Part shown: one piece after another, positions 9,206 through 19,035 of the stretch
How positions within the stretch are numbered: the first letter of the stretch is position 1
Layout: each line of letters begins with the position of its first letter
Origin: an uncultured bacterium
Lineage (GTDB): Bacteria; Patescibacteriota; Minisyncoccia; Phycocordibacterales; DATDWN01
DNA length: 64,000 nucleotides
Assembly (NCBI GenBank): GCA_903861205.1
Contig: CAIOTC010000003.1
Location: forward strand, 7,964-71,963
Direction of reading: 5' to 3'
Notes under the pieces: model-generated
Databases searched by the model: none
Told to the model about the DNA's origin: nothing
What the model saw: the letters and a program-made list of their open reading frames with translations, nothing else
Made by a program: the position numbers and the translations under genes

Positions 9206-10477
9206 ATGTCCAATTTTCTTAACAAACTATCTCTCATCTTCCAGGACAAAATTCTACGCAAAAGAATATTTTTCACTCTTTCTGCTTTGATTGTTTTTCG
9301 CGCGCTTGCTGCTATTCCGATTCCGGGTATTGACCACACTAAACTGGCATCATTTTTCTCCGGCAATGAATTCTTTGGATTACTGAACGTCTTTTCCGGA
9401 GGCGGACTTTCGCAATTCTCCATCATCATGCTCGGCGTGGCGCCTTACATTACCGGTTCGATTATCATGCAGCTCTTGACCATCATGTCGCCGAAGCTCA
9501 AGGCGATGTACCAGGAGGAAGGCGAAGCGGGCCGACGAAAATTTGCTCAGTGGGGACGACTTTTGACCGTTCCGCTGGCGCTTATCCAAGGTTTCAGCTT
9601 CATCAAAATTTTGCAAAGCCAAGGAGCTCTTTTGCCTCTTTCCACTTCAGCTTTGATTTCTGATTTGCTTATCATTACCGCCGGCTCGGTTCTGCTCATG
9701 TGGATTGGCGAGCTTATTTCCGAATACGGCATCGGCAACGGCGTTTCACTCATCATCTTTGCCGGTATCGTCTCCAGAATTCCGACAAGCGTCGGCCAAC
9801 TGCTTTACACGTTTGATCCGGCCCAGATTCCGTTTTACCTGGCGCTTTTGGTTGTCGGCGCGATTGTCATCATTGGTGTGGTTATCATTACCGAAGCCGA
9901 GCGCCCAATACCGGTGACGTACGCCCGCCAAGTTCGCGGCAACAAAGTTTACGGCGGCACATCGACCTATCTGCCGCTCCGCATCAACCAAGCCGGAGTT
10001 ATTCCGATTATTTTTGCTTCGTCCATACTTTTGTTTCCTCAAATGATTGTCCGATTTTTGCAAAACTCCAGCCACGCCATAATTCAATCGATTTCAAAAG
10101 TCGTATTGGCAGTTTTGGCGAACACCTGGTTTTACGGCATCGCTTACTTCCTTTTGGTTTTTGTCTTTACATATTTCTACACAGCCGTCACTTTTGATCC
10201 TGATCAGATTTCGACCAACTTGCAGAAAAACGGCGCCTTCATTCCCGGTGTTCGTCCTGGTAAATCCACTTCCGAACACATTGCCACCATTCTGACGCGA
10301 CTGACGCTTGTTGGCGCGCTCTTTCTCGGTGTTATCGCCGTCTTTCCGATCGTGGTCAAAAACATTACCGGCATCACAGCTATCTCCGTCGGAGGTACGG
10401 CGCTCCTGATTGTTGTCTCTGTCGTCATCGATCTTATTAAAAAGATTGACGCGCAAGTTTCTATTAGGGAGTATTAG
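9206..10477 (+). CDS. secY: preprotein translocase subunit SecY
   Basis: LGVAPYITGSII, GIGNGVSLIIFAGI, AGVIPIIFA, IPGVRPG. Confidence 0.99.
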   Translation: MSNFLNKLSLIFQDKILRKRIFFTLSALIVFRALAAIPIPGIDHTKLASFFSGNEFFGLLNVFSGGGLSQFSIIMLGVAPYITGSIIMQLLTIMSPKLKAMYQEEGEAGRRKFAQWGRLLTVPLALIQGFSFIKILQSQGALLPLSTSALISDLLIITAGSVLLMWIGELISEYGIGNGVSLIIFAGIVSRIPTSVGQLLYTFDPAQIPFYLALLVVGAIVIIGVVIITEAERPIPVTYARQVRGNKVYGGTSTYLPLRINQAGVIPIIFASSILLFPQMIVRFLQNSSHAIIQSISKVVLAVLANTWFYGIAYFLLVFVFTYFYTAVTFDPDQISTNLQKNGAFIPGVRPGKSTSEHIATILTRLTLVGALFLGVIAVFPIVVKNITGITAISVGGTALLIVVSVVIDLIKKIDAQVSIREY

Positions 10478-10480
10478 AAC

Positions 10481-10615
10481 AATTTCCAAATAACAATTTC
10501 CAATTTCCAATAAATTTTTCAATATTCCAATGAATCAAATACAATTCTTTGGAATTTTTTGGAAATTGATCCATTGATTAATTCATTGAAAATTGTAAAT
10601 TGGAAATTGAAAATT
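10481..10615. repeat. junction palindrome family E (AATTTCC/GGAAATT heptamers)
   Basis: Copies at ~10481, 13076, 30718, 31944, 37083. Confidence 0.9.
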
Positions 10616-10635
10616 ATTAGTGCTATTATTTTCTC

Positions 10636-11226
10636 ATGTCTCCACACACATTTATTTTCATGGGTCAGTCAGGAAGCGGGAAAGGTGAGCAAACCAGACT
10701 CATTCAAAAAGTTTTGAAAGAAAAAGATCCGAACGGAGAGATTTATTATTTGGAGACCGGAAATAATTTCAGAAAGTTTGTTTCTGGTGAAAGTTATTCA
10801 AGCAAGCTGTCAAAATCAGTTGCGGAAGAAGGTAAGCTTCAGCCGGCATTTCTAGCCGTGTATTTTTGGTCCGAAAATCTGATAAATAATTTGAAAAACA
10901 ATGAGCACTTGATATTTGATGGAATTTGCAGACGCATTGAGGAAACGCAAGTGTTTACCACAGCAATGGGATTTTACGACAGGAAACCCATTGTTATTTA
11001 CGTAAAAGTTTCCAGAAAATGGGCGACAGATAGGCTCCTTAGTCGCGGAAGAGCAGACGATGTGGATATGAAGCAACTCAATGGGCGTTTGGATTGGTTC
11101 GAGGAATTTACATTGCCAGTTATTGAATATTTCAAAACGAACGACAGATACACTGTGCTGGAAATAAATGGCGAACAGACCATAGAGGAGGTGCATGCCG
11201 AAATAATAAATAAATTAGATTGGTAG
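10636..11226 (+). CDS. adk: adenylate kinase family nucleoside monophosphate kinase
   Basis: GQSGSGKG P-loop, FDG..R, RGRADD; position after secY. Confidence 0.85.
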   Translation: MSPHTFIFMGQSGSGKGEQTRLIQKVLKEKDPNGEIYYLETGNNFRKFVSGESYSSKLSKSVAEEGKLQPAFLAVYFWSENLINNLKNNEHLIFDGICRRIEETQVFTTAMGFYDRKPIVIYVKVSRKWATDRLLSRGRADDVDMKQLNGRLDWFEEFTLPVIEYFKTNDRYTVLEINGEQTIEEVHAEIINKLDW

Positions 11227-11231
11227 TTTTC

Positions 11232-11301
11232 TGTCATCCCCGCGAAGGCGGGGATCTAGATTACTCAATAATCATGGATTCCCGCCTTCGCGGGAATGAC
11301 A
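11232..11301. repeat. REP-like doublet GTCATCCCCGCGAAGGCGGGGATC...GATTCCCGCCTTCGCGGGAATGAC
   Basis: Nested palindromes; second copy at 23551-23608. Confidence 0.85.
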
Positions 11302-11308
11302 AAATAAA

Positions 11309-12076
11309 ATGATTACAACAAAAACTTCTGAGGAAATCGAAATTTTGAAGGAAGGTGGTCATCGCCACGCTTTTATTTTAGGCGAGTTGGCCAAAAAAGC
11401 GGCGGTGGGAGTTTCGACACAGGAGTTGGAAGATTTGGCGCGTGAGCTGATAAAAGAAGGCGGGGGCACACCGGCTTTTTTGAATTACACTCCGCGTGGA
11501 GCCAAGCGGCCGTATCCGGCGGCGCTTAACGTTTCCATTAACGACGAAATTGTTCACGGTATTCCGAACGAAGATCCGAAAATTTTGCAGGACGGCGATG
11601 TTGTTTCGCTTGATCTGGGGCTTGTTCACCAAGGCATGATTACCGATAGCGCTATCACGGTTGGCGTTGGTGACATTTCCGAGGAAGACAGGAAAATGAT
11701 TTTGCATTGCCAGGAAGCGCTCTCGATTGGCATCAAAGCGGCTAGAGGTGGCGGCAAAGTGGGGGACATTAGCAGTGCCATTGAAGTTTTTGTACGACCT
11801 CTCGGTTACGGTATTCCTGACGGCTTGGCAGGCCACGGTGTCGGCTACAAGGTTCACGAGGAGCCATTTGTGCCTAACGAGGGGGCAAAGGGCAAAGGCG
11901 AGCTATTGCGTCCCGGTATGGTTCTGGCGATTGAGCCAATGATCACGCTTGGTTCCTCACGCATTGTCCTGTCCGGCGACGGTTACACCTACAAAACAGC
12001 CGATGGTTCGCGCGCCGCTCATTTCGAGCATACGATAGTGATCACGGATGGAGAAGCGATAATACTTACAAAATAA
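11309..12076 (+). CDS. map: methionine aminopeptidase type I
   Basis: SINDEIVHGIP, GHGVG...HEEP, AIEPM, AHFEHT. Confidence 0.97.
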   Translation: MITTKTSEEIEILKEGGHRHAFILGELAKKAAVGVSTQELEDLARELIKEGGGTPAFLNYTPRGAKRPYPAALNVSINDEIVHGIPNEDPKILQDGDVVSLDLGLVHQGMITDSAITVGVGDISEEDRKMILHCQEALSIGIKAARGGGKVGDISSAIEVFVRPLGYGIPDGLAGHGVGYKVHEEPFVPNEGAKGKGELLRPGMVLAIEPMITLGSSRIVLSGDGYTYKTADGSRAAHFEHTIVITDGEAIILTK

Positions 12077-12176
12077 TTTTCAATTTTTAATTTAGAATTT
12101 TTAATGAATATCTAAATTTTAAAATTTAATAATTGAAAATTCATTAAAAATTAAAAATTTTAAATTAAAAATTTAT

Positions 12177-12779
12177 ATGCATCCAAAATTTGAACGTACA
12201 CTTGTTATTATAAAACCCGATGGAGTACAGAGAAGTTTGATCGGCGAAATCATTGGCAGGTTTGAAAAGCTTGGCTTGAAAATGGTGGCAGCCAAAATGT
12301 GCGTGCCAACAGCAGAACATGTTGAAAAACATTACACTCTTGATCCCGAATGGCGCAGAATTACAGGAGAAAAAAGAGTCAAAGCGGCCAAAGAAAAAGG
12401 AGAAAAACTTGCGACGGAAGACCCTTTTGAAATTACAGCAAAAATTTTGGAAGTTTTGATAAAATACATGACATCAGGGCCAGTGGTAGCAATGGTTTGG
12501 CAGGGCGCGCACGCCACTGAATTGGTCAGAAAAATTGTCGGAGGCACGGAACCGCGAAGTTCTGATGTTGGCACAATTCGCGGAGATTATGTTCTTGATT
12601 CGTATGTAATGGCAGACACGGACAGCAGAGCTATCAGAAATCTAGTCCATGCTTCCGGCACAGCCAAAGAATCCGAGGCGGAAATAAAACACTGGTTTAA
12701 AGATGACGAAGTTCTCGACTACAAACTTGTTCAGGAATCTATTCTCTACGATGTAAACCTTGACGGCATATTTGAATAA
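12177..12779 (+). CDS. ndk: nucleoside diphosphate kinase
   Basis: ERTLVIIKPDGV, GTIRGD, NLVHAS. Confidence 0.96.
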   Translation: MHPKFERTLVIIKPDGVQRSLIGEIIGRFEKLGLKMVAAKMCVPTAEHVEKHYTLDPEWRRITGEKRVKAAKEKGEKLATEDPFEITAKILEVLIKYMTSGPVVAMVWQGAHATELVRKIVGGTEPRSSDVGTIRGDYVLDSYVMADTDSRAIRNLVHASGTAKESEAEIKHWFKDDEVLDYKLVQESILYDVNLDGIFE

Positions 12780-12904
12780 TTAGTAAAGGAAGCAGCAGCA
12801 TAATAATTTTCCTCGGCTCCGCAGGAGATGGAGGTCGGTCGAGGAAAATTATTATGCTGCTGCTTCCTTCCTTGCATCTTCATTTCGGCGGAAGTATAAT
12901 CGAG

Positions 12905-13045
12905 GTAGGGTTACATGATTTTTCTTTCTAAACATTTTTAAGGGAGTCTCATATTTGTGTATTATGGCGAGCGCTTGTCGTTCCGATTGATACATTTGCG
13001 GACACCCACCTAGTATTTTTCTAGGGGAAACTCATGTAGCTCTAC
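12905..13045 (+). ncRNA. candidate 6S-like structured RNA
   Basis: TTGCAT-N17-TATAAT promoter, 14-bp terminal helix, long irregular hairpin with central bubble, intrinsic terminator 13047-13074. Confidence 0.55.
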
Positions 13046-13227
13046 TAAAAAACTCCGCTTTGGCGGAATTTTTTAAATTTCCAATTTCCAATTATCAATT
13101 TCCAATGAATGATTCAATTAACCAATTTCCAAAAAATAAAATAGTCCTGTTTGATTTATTGTGGCATTGAAAAATTTATTGGAAATTGGAAATTGATAAT
13201 TGGAAATTGTTGGGGTATTATTACCCA

Positions 13228-13629
13228 ATGATGTCCCAGAGACTTTTCAAACGAGCTTTTTTGGTACTGCTAGTAACGGCTGTTTTGAATTGGTTTGTAA
13301 GCATGATGTATTTACACTGGACCATTTGGTGGATTGATATTATTTTGCATTTTTTGGGTGGTCTTTCTGTGGCATTATTCTTTTTGTGGTTTTGCGCGAC
13401 AAAGTTTGATTTGAAAAATTGGAGTTCGCGTAAAATTTTGTTTGCAGTTTTGGGTTGTGTGATTTTGGTCGGTGTCTTGTGGGAATTGTATGAATTATAT
13501 TTTGGTCTGACATTTCTCTCCGACGGTTTGAGCTATTTTGCCGACACATTTTCGGATTTGATAATGGATGTTGTAGGCGGGTTGACTGGATTTCTTTACA
13601 TTCAACTTCTTTTGAAAAATAATGAGTAA
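13228..13629 (+). CDS. membrane protein (VanZ/DUF2238-like)
   Basis: Four hydrophobic segments; D...HFLGG, WELYE, DT..DL..D motifs. Confidence 0.7.
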   Translation: MMSQRLFKRAFLVLLVTAVLNWFVSMMYLHWTIWWIDIILHFLGGLSVALFFLWFCATKFDLKNWSSRKILFAVLGCVILVGVLWELYELYFGLTFLSDGLSYFADTFSDLIMDVVGGLTGFLYIQLLLKNNE

Positions 13630-15031
13630 TTTACAAATCACATTTTTCGGCGGAGTGGGAAGCGTCACTGGCGCTAATTTTATTTTGCAAAATAATTCCA
13701 CAAAAATAGCCGTTGATTGCGGATTATTGCAAGGGACAGCTGATGCCGATGCGGAAAATGCTAAAACTTTTCCGTACGATCCGTCCACTCTCGATTTTCT
13801 TTTCATCACCCACGCTCACATGGACCACATTGGCAAAGTGGCCAAGCTGGTCAAAGACGGTTTCAAAGGTCTCGTTTATTCCACGCCGGAAACGAAAGAA
13901 CTTTCCCAGCTCATGCTCTCGGATGCTTTGCAGGTTATGCAAATAAGGGAGCAAAGCGAACACTTATGCGTGAGTAATCTCACGCCAAATGGTTCGACTT
14001 TTTTGTACGACCAGTTTGATTTGTCGAAAACTTTTTCGCTTTGGCAGACCATTCCATATCATGCCGAGAAAAAACTGACGGATGAAATTTCCGTTTTTGT
14101 GATGGATGCCGGACACATTCTAGGCTCGGCCATGTATAAATTTACGTGCAACAATAAAAAAATTGTTTTCACCGGAGATTCTGGCAACTCGCCGGCGCCG
14201 CTTCTGCGAGATACCGACAAAATCACCGACGCTGATTATTTGATTATGGACAGCGTTTACGGCGACAGAAATCACGAACCAAAGGATGAGCGCGACGAAA
14301 AGTTTCGTCGGATTGTCACCGAAACAATTTCAGCCGGCGGAACCCTTCTTATTCCGGCTTTTTCTCTGGAGAGAACGCAGGTCATTTTGTACGAGCTAAA
14401 TAATTTGATTGAGGATAAAAAAATCCCGTCGGTGCCGGTTTTTCTGGACGCTCCGCTTGGTGAAAAAGTGACCGAAGTTTACAAAAAATATACAAAAGAT
14501 TTCAACGCGGAAGTCCAAAGTGAAATAAAATCCGGCGATGACATTTTCAATTTTCCAAAACTGAACATAACCCACGGACACACTGATTCAATGAAAATCG
14601 CGCATACACCAAATCCGAAAATAATTATCGCCGGTTCGGGCATGTCCTCCGGCGGGCGAGTGTTGGGGCACGAAATAAATGTTTTGCCTGATCCGAAATC
14701 AACGCTCCTGCTCATGGGCTACCAGGCTCTCGGCACACTTGGGCGAACTTTACAGAACAAACCAAAATCGGCAGAAATTCCCGTAGGCCGAAACAGCGAA
14801 ACACAAACAGTCAGAGTGAACGCCAGAATCGAAATGATATCCGGCTATTCGTCGCACAAAGATTTGGATCATTTGGTGGAAATGGTAGGAGACACGACCG
14901 AAACTGTAAAAAAAGTTTTCGTCGTCATGGGCGAACCATCCGCCTCGACATTCCTCGTCCAGCGTCTGCGCGAATTTCTGGACGTCGACGCGGTCTACCC
15001 TGAAAGAGGAAAGGTGTATGAATTAAACTAA
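13622..15031 (+). CDS. MBL-fold beta-CASP ribonuclease
   Basis: DCG, THAHMDHIG, AGHILGS, PAFSLERTQ, GSGM, YSSH. Confidence 0.93.
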   Translation: MSNLQITFFGGVGSVTGANFILQNNSTKIAVDCGLLQGTADADAENAKTFPYDPSTLDFLFITHAHMDHIGKVAKLVKDGFKGLVYSTPETKELSQLMLSDALQVMQIREQSEHLCVSNLTPNGSTFLYDQFDLSKTFSLWQTIPYHAEKKLTDEISVFVMDAGHILGSAMYKFTCNNKKIVFTGDSGNSPAPLLRDTDKITDADYLIMDSVYGDRNHEPKDERDEKFRRIVTETISAGGTLLIPAFSLERTQVILYELNNLIEDKKIPSVPVFLDAPLGEKVTEVYKKYTKDFNAEVQSEIKSGDDIFNFPKLNITHGHTDSMKIAHTPNPKIIIAGSGMSSGGRVLGHEINVLPDPKSTLLLMGYQALGTLGRTLQNKPKSAEIPVGRNSETQTVRVNARIEMISGYSSHKDLDHLVEMVGDTTETVKKVFVVMGEPSASTFLVQRLREFLDVDAVYPERGKVYELN

Positions 15032-15054
15032 AAACCACCTCGCGGTGGTCTTTT
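15030..15054. terminator. bidirectional terminator between the RNase gene and rplT
   Basis: AAAAACCACC-TCGC-GGTGGTCTTTT between convergent genes. Confidence 0.75.
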
Positions 15055-15057
15055 ATT

Positions 15058-15477
15058 TTATGCAGTTGCTGTTTCCAGTTTTGGAGCGGATTTGGCCGGC
15101 TTAGTTGCTTTGATTTCCGGAGCGGTGGAGAATTCAACCACTTTTTTGAAAGTTTCGGGCGATTCCTTGACCAGGGTGGCCAGGATTTTTCGGTCAATCA
15201 GAACATTTTTCTTTTTCATTGCGCCCATCAGTTTGCTGTACGAAAGCTTTTTATCACCTTGCATTTCCTTGACAGCATATGAGATGTTGACGTTCCACAT
15301 TCGTCTGGCCACGCCTTTTTTGTCGCGTCGGTGAGCAAAAGCGTACGCGCCGGCGTGCTCAATGGCTTCGATGGCTTGTCGTTCTTTGGTTGATCGGCCA
15401 AAGCGAAAACCCTTCACTCGTCGCAGGACGTTTCGTCTGGTCTTTAATGCGTTTACTCCTTTTTTTACTCTTGTCAT
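15058..15477 (-). CDS. rplT: 50S ribosomal protein L20
   Basis: MTRVKKG, KGFRFGRS, IDRKILA. Confidence 0.96.
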   Translation of the reverse strand: MTRVKKGVNALKTRRNVLRRVKGFRFGRSTKERQAIEAIEHAGAYAFAHRRDKKGVARRMWNVNISYAVKEMQGDKKLSYSKLMGAMKKKNVLIDRKILATLVKESPETFKKVVEFSTAPEIKATKPAKSAPKLETATA

Positions 15478-15596
15478 AAAATTAATATACGAATATGCGA
15501 ATAAATACCAATCTACGAATGGCTACGAATGGGAACGTGATGTTTTGAATTATTCGCATTCATTCGCATCATTCGTCCATTCGCATATTCGTATGT

Positions 15597-15785
15597 TTAA
15601 CTTTTAATATAAAACGCTCTATCCTTATTGCTAATCGGCCACTCGGCGCTGCGATTTTTGGCCATCTGATTTCTAGAACTTTCTTTCGTATTGAAATGAT
15701 TTTGACCGGTTCTGCGGGCAATGATTTTGCCGTTCTTGGTCACTTTCAATCGTTTGGTAAATGATTTGTTTGTTTTTGTTGACAT
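15597..15785 (-). CDS. rpmI: 50S ribosomal protein L35
   Basis: KTNKSFTKRLKVTKNGK, GQNHF; lies between infC and rplT. Confidence 0.9.
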   Translation of the reverse strand: MSTKTNKSFTKRLKVTKNGKIIARRTGQNHFNTKESSRNQMAKNRSAEWPISNKDRAFYIKS

Positions 15786-15899
15786 GATGATACGAATATG
15801 CGAATAAATACCAATCTACGAATGGCTACGAATGGGAACGTGATGTTTTGAATTATTCGCATTCATTCGCATCATTCGTCCATTCGCATATTCGTATGT

Positions 15900-16412
15900 T
15901 TAACTTGCTTTTTCAATTATTATACTTAATCCCTTTGGGCTTTTGACAGCCGGTCCGGTCACTTTGTACTCCTCGGTAATAAGTTTCAAAACTCTCTCCA
16001 TTCTTTCCTTGAGAAAGTTTATGTCCATATATTTTGTCCTGCCGGGAAGAAATAAGTCTACTTTGATGCGATGACCTTCCTTGAGCCACTCGGACGCTTT
16101 CTTGGCCTTGAGAGCCAAATCGTTGTCTCCCGTGCCGACCTTGACCTGGATATTCTTTATCTCTACCGTGTGAACCTTTGTTTTGGCCACCTTTTGCTTC
16201 TTGTTTTCAGCATACTGAAATTTACCATAATCCATGATTTTTGCAACCGGCGGAACGGCTTTGGGCGAAATCTCGATGAGGTCAAGCCCTGCCTCGCGCG
16301 CTTTTTGGATCGCTTCTTTGAGCGGCAAAACGCCGAGATTTTCGCCGTCCTCCATGATGACACGGAGTTCTGACGCCTGGATTTGGTTGTTTATTTTTAT
16401 TCTTTCTATCAA
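15900..16412 (-). CDS. infC: translation initiation factor IF-3
   Basis: INNQI, GLDLIEI, PPVAKIMDYGKFQY; start codon uncertain (non-ATG start is typical). Confidence 0.95.
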   Translation of the reverse strand: MIERIKINNQIQASELRVIMEDGENLGVLPLKEAIQKAREAGLDLIEISPKAVPPVAKIMDYGKFQYAENKKQKVAKTKVHTVEIKNIQVKVGTGDNDLALKAKKASEWLKEGHRIKVDLFLPGRTKYMDINFLKERMERVLKLITEEYKVTGPAVKSPKGLSIIIEKAS

Positions 16413-16506
16413 GTTTTTGATTATTTAATTACCTGGCAAATATAGCACTATTTGATAAGAATTGCAAGATAAAAAAAGGCATGGATTTCTCCACGCCCGT
16501 GCTCTC

Positions 16507-16845
16507 TCAAAGAGTCTCTAGCATACCTTCAGTCCTGTGATTTTTTGGCCTTTCCTCGGGCGCCGGCCCGATGATCTGAAGCCATCCGGCAACGTCCGGG
16601 GTCCCAACCTTGTTTCCGCTTTGAAGTTCCCAGTCGTAATTTACTAAAATTTGGCCGAAAGGTGTGGGCTTAGCAATTTCCATTCTTCCATTTCGGAGGA
16701 TGATAAAACACGATTCCTGTTTATTTTCCGGAAATCCCTCATTGCATGGGTAAGGCGCAACGTGTGTGCAACTTTGTGTTTTTATTTTCGCATCAAGAAC
16801 TTTGTCCCAATTAGGACTTTTTTCTACCTCAATCAGTTGTGGCAT
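16507..16845 (-). CDS. small orphan protein
   Basis: ORF with GGAGG Shine-Dalgarno and downstream hairpin; no family recognised. Confidence 0.55.
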   Translation of the reverse strand: MPQLIEVEKSPNWDKVLDAKIKTQSCTHVAPYPCNEGFPENKQESCFIILRNGRMEIAKPTPFGQILVNYDWELQSGNKVGTPDVAGWLQIIGPAPEERPKNHRTEGMLETL

Positions 16846-16966
16846 CAGCGGAACCTCCGATTAAAAGGTTACGCCGATTTGTTGTTTTGTCAACTCGGTA
16901 GTGAATTTTGGCATCGGGCAAAGCCCGTGTCCTGCGGACAAAGCCAAAATCTACTACCGGGTCAAC

Positions 16967-17599
16967 TTAAATTTTCAACGATTTCATCACCGACTCGAAA
17001 ATTTGCTGATTTTTTTCGCGCGAGATTGCTCCGGGAACGATCAAAACCTCAGCCACTTTTTCCGGCAGTCTGGCGCCGGAGAGAGCTTGAATGGAAGCGT
17101 TTGTGACGACTAGCGTCTGGTCGCTCGCGACGGGGAAATAATACGTCGTTTGTCCACAGCCTTCCACGCCTTCGTAAATAGCAAAGCCGGAAAGCGCTCC
17201 GATGGTGTACGGATCGATGAACCCTGGCGAGGCGACAAGCTCGTCGTTTACAAAATTTTCCTGCGGAATGTACGGACTCAAACTTTTGACGGTGCCGGTC
17301 AAATTTTTATTTACGATCTGCACTGTCATTTCAAAATCGGTCAGTCTGTCATACGTTTTATTATCTCCCATCATGTCGCACGCGCCGGTGTTGGCGTAGG
17401 GAATATCGTGATGCAAAGTCACTTTTTCGCTGGTCGTGCTAGCCGTCAAAGTTTTTGAATATGTAAATGAAATCCCCAGACTCGAATTGTTGTATTGTTT
17501 GGTCAGAATTTCTTTTGGTGCTTTGTTCTTATTTTTCAGGAAAAAATACCCTCCGCCAGCGAGCAAAATGATCAAAATAAAAACAAAAACTCTTTTCAT
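16967..17599 (-). CDS. membrane-anchored extracytoplasmic protein
   Basis: MKRVFVFILIILLAGGGYF anchor, YNNSSLGISFTY motif; ATG at 17599. Confidence 0.75.
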   Translation of the reverse strand: MKRVFVFILIILLAGGGYFFLKNKNKAPKEILTKQYNNSSLGISFTYSKTLTASTTSEKVTLHHDIPYANTGACDMMGDNKTYDRLTDFEMTVQIVNKNLTGTVKSLSPYIPQENFVNDELVASPGFIDPYTIGALSGFAIYEGVEGCGQTTYYFPVASDQTLVVTNASIQALSGARLPEKVAEVLIVPGAISREKNQQIFESVMKSLKI

Positions 17600-17639
17600 A
17601 AAAACAGTATAACATATGTTGTTGTGGTATAATGCATTT

Positions 17640-18998
17640 ATGAACAAAAAACAAAATAAATTTTTAACGTTAAAAACCAGACCAAAGCCGAAAGACAGGC
17701 TTTTTGTCAGCGAAATTTTGGACAGGAAAATCGAAGAAATATCGAAGTTAATAAAAGATAAAGACATAAAAAGGATGTTTGGCCAGTGCTTGCCGAACAC
17801 GCTGGACACCACGGTTCATCCGGATATGTTTATTTACACGGGTGACATACCGGCTATGTGGCTTCGGGACTCGACCAACCAGATTTGGCCTTATCTTGAA
17901 TTTATAAACGAAGATGAAAAAATAAAAAAATTATTTGTCGGACTGATAAAAAAACAATCGAAGTCCCTTTTAATTGATCCTTATGCCAACGCCTTTGTCA
18001 GGGACGGAGATAAAAAACGCAATCCTTGGTGGCCGAAAGGGGATGCTTGGAAAAAGGGAGTTTGGGAGAGAAAGTACGAACTGGACAGTCTGGCTTCTTT
18101 TCTGAGATTATCGTCGGGATATTTTAAAAAGACAAATGATATTTCCGTTTTTGATTCGCAATGGATGAAAGCTGTCAAAAAAATTGTTGAAGTGGTGGAA
18201 AAAGAACAGCATACTCTCTCAAAGGAAAACTCAAAATCAATGTACAAGTTCTACACTCCGGCTGGGAAAAGTTTCCCGTCGGTCAGAATGAGAGGTTACG
18301 GATATCCTGGAAAAGAATGCGGACTAGTGAGGGGTGTTTTCCGTCCTTCCGATGATGAATCTGTTTTTCCTTACCTCATACCGGCCAACGCGATGTTTGC
18401 GGTCGGACTGAAAGAAGTTTCTGAAATATTAAATAAATTAGATAAATCTGATTTAAAAATTAAATTGATTCAAATCGCGCAAAAAGTTGATACAGCGATA
18501 AGAAATTTCGGCATTGTAAAACACAAAGAGTTTGGCGACATTTTTGCCTATGAGATCGATGGTTTCGGTTCCGTGTGCCTGATGGACGATCCAAATATTC
18601 CGAGCTTGCTTTCTCTGCCGTACTTGGGCTATCTGGACAAAAGTGATCCGATTTACAAATCCACCAGAAAATTTATTTTGAGCAAATCAAATCCTTTTTA
18701 CGCCGAAGGTAAAGTTATCTCGGGTCTGACCAGTCCGCACACGGGAGTTTTGACGCATTTCTGGCCGATGGCTACGATAATGCAAGCCATTGTCTCAGAT
18801 GATGAATCGGAAATTATTTCTTGTCTGAATGTTTTGAGGAAAAGTCACGGAGGGACTTTTTTCATTCACGAAAGTGTTAACGTGGACAATCCAAAAGATT
18901 ACACCAGGCCGTGGTTTAGCTGGGCCAACTCTTTGTTTGGAGAACTTATTTTGAAAATTTACAAAGAAAATCCAAAAATTTTGGAGAAGGAATTTTAG
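17640..18998 (+). CDS. glycoside hydrolase family 125 (exo-alpha-1,6-mannosidase-like)
   Basis: [56 protein letters not shown]. Confidence 0.93.
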   Translation: MNKKQNKFLTLKTRPKPKDRLFVSEILDRKIEEISKLIKDKDIKRMFGQCLPNTLDTTVHPDMFIYTGDIPAMWLRDSTNQIWPYLEFINEDEKIKKLFVGLIKKQSKSLLIDPYANAFVRDGDKKRNPWWPKGDAWKKGVWERKYELDSLASFLRLSSGYFKKTNDISVFDSQWMKAVKKIVEVVEKEQHTLSKENSKSMYKFYTPAGKSFPSVRMRGYGYPGKECGLVRGVFRPSDDESVFPYLIPANAMFAVGLKEVSEILNKLDKSDLKIKLIQIAQKVDTAIRNFGIVKHKEFGDIFAYEIDGFGSVCLMDDPNIPSLLSLPYLGYLDKSDPIYKSTRKFILSKSNPFYAEGKVISGLTSPHTGVLTHFWPMATIMQAIVSDDESEIISCLNVLRKSHGGTFFIHESVNVDNPKDYTRPWFSWANSLFGELILKIYKENPKILEKEF

Positions 18999-19035
18999 AT
19001 AAACAAAAACCACCGCTTGGTGGTTCTTGCAAATG

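Noticed and set aside
817-12174. Recurring intergenic repeats as a CRISPR array
   Set aside because: Copies are separated by whole genes, are internally periodic and variable, and no cas genes are present.
12786-12800. AAGGAAGCAGCA resembling the SRP RNA domain IV motif
   Set aside because: The upstream CAGG/GNRA half is missing, and the sequence is one arm of a perfect 30-bp inverted repeat.
13186-13227. N-terminal extensions in the ORF track such as MEIDNW (13186), MEIDNY (37168), MRGNDKNQ (23566), MIHLLKIGN (30760)
   Set aside because: They are read-through translations of upstream repeats; downstream ATGs fit promoter spacing or family starts better.
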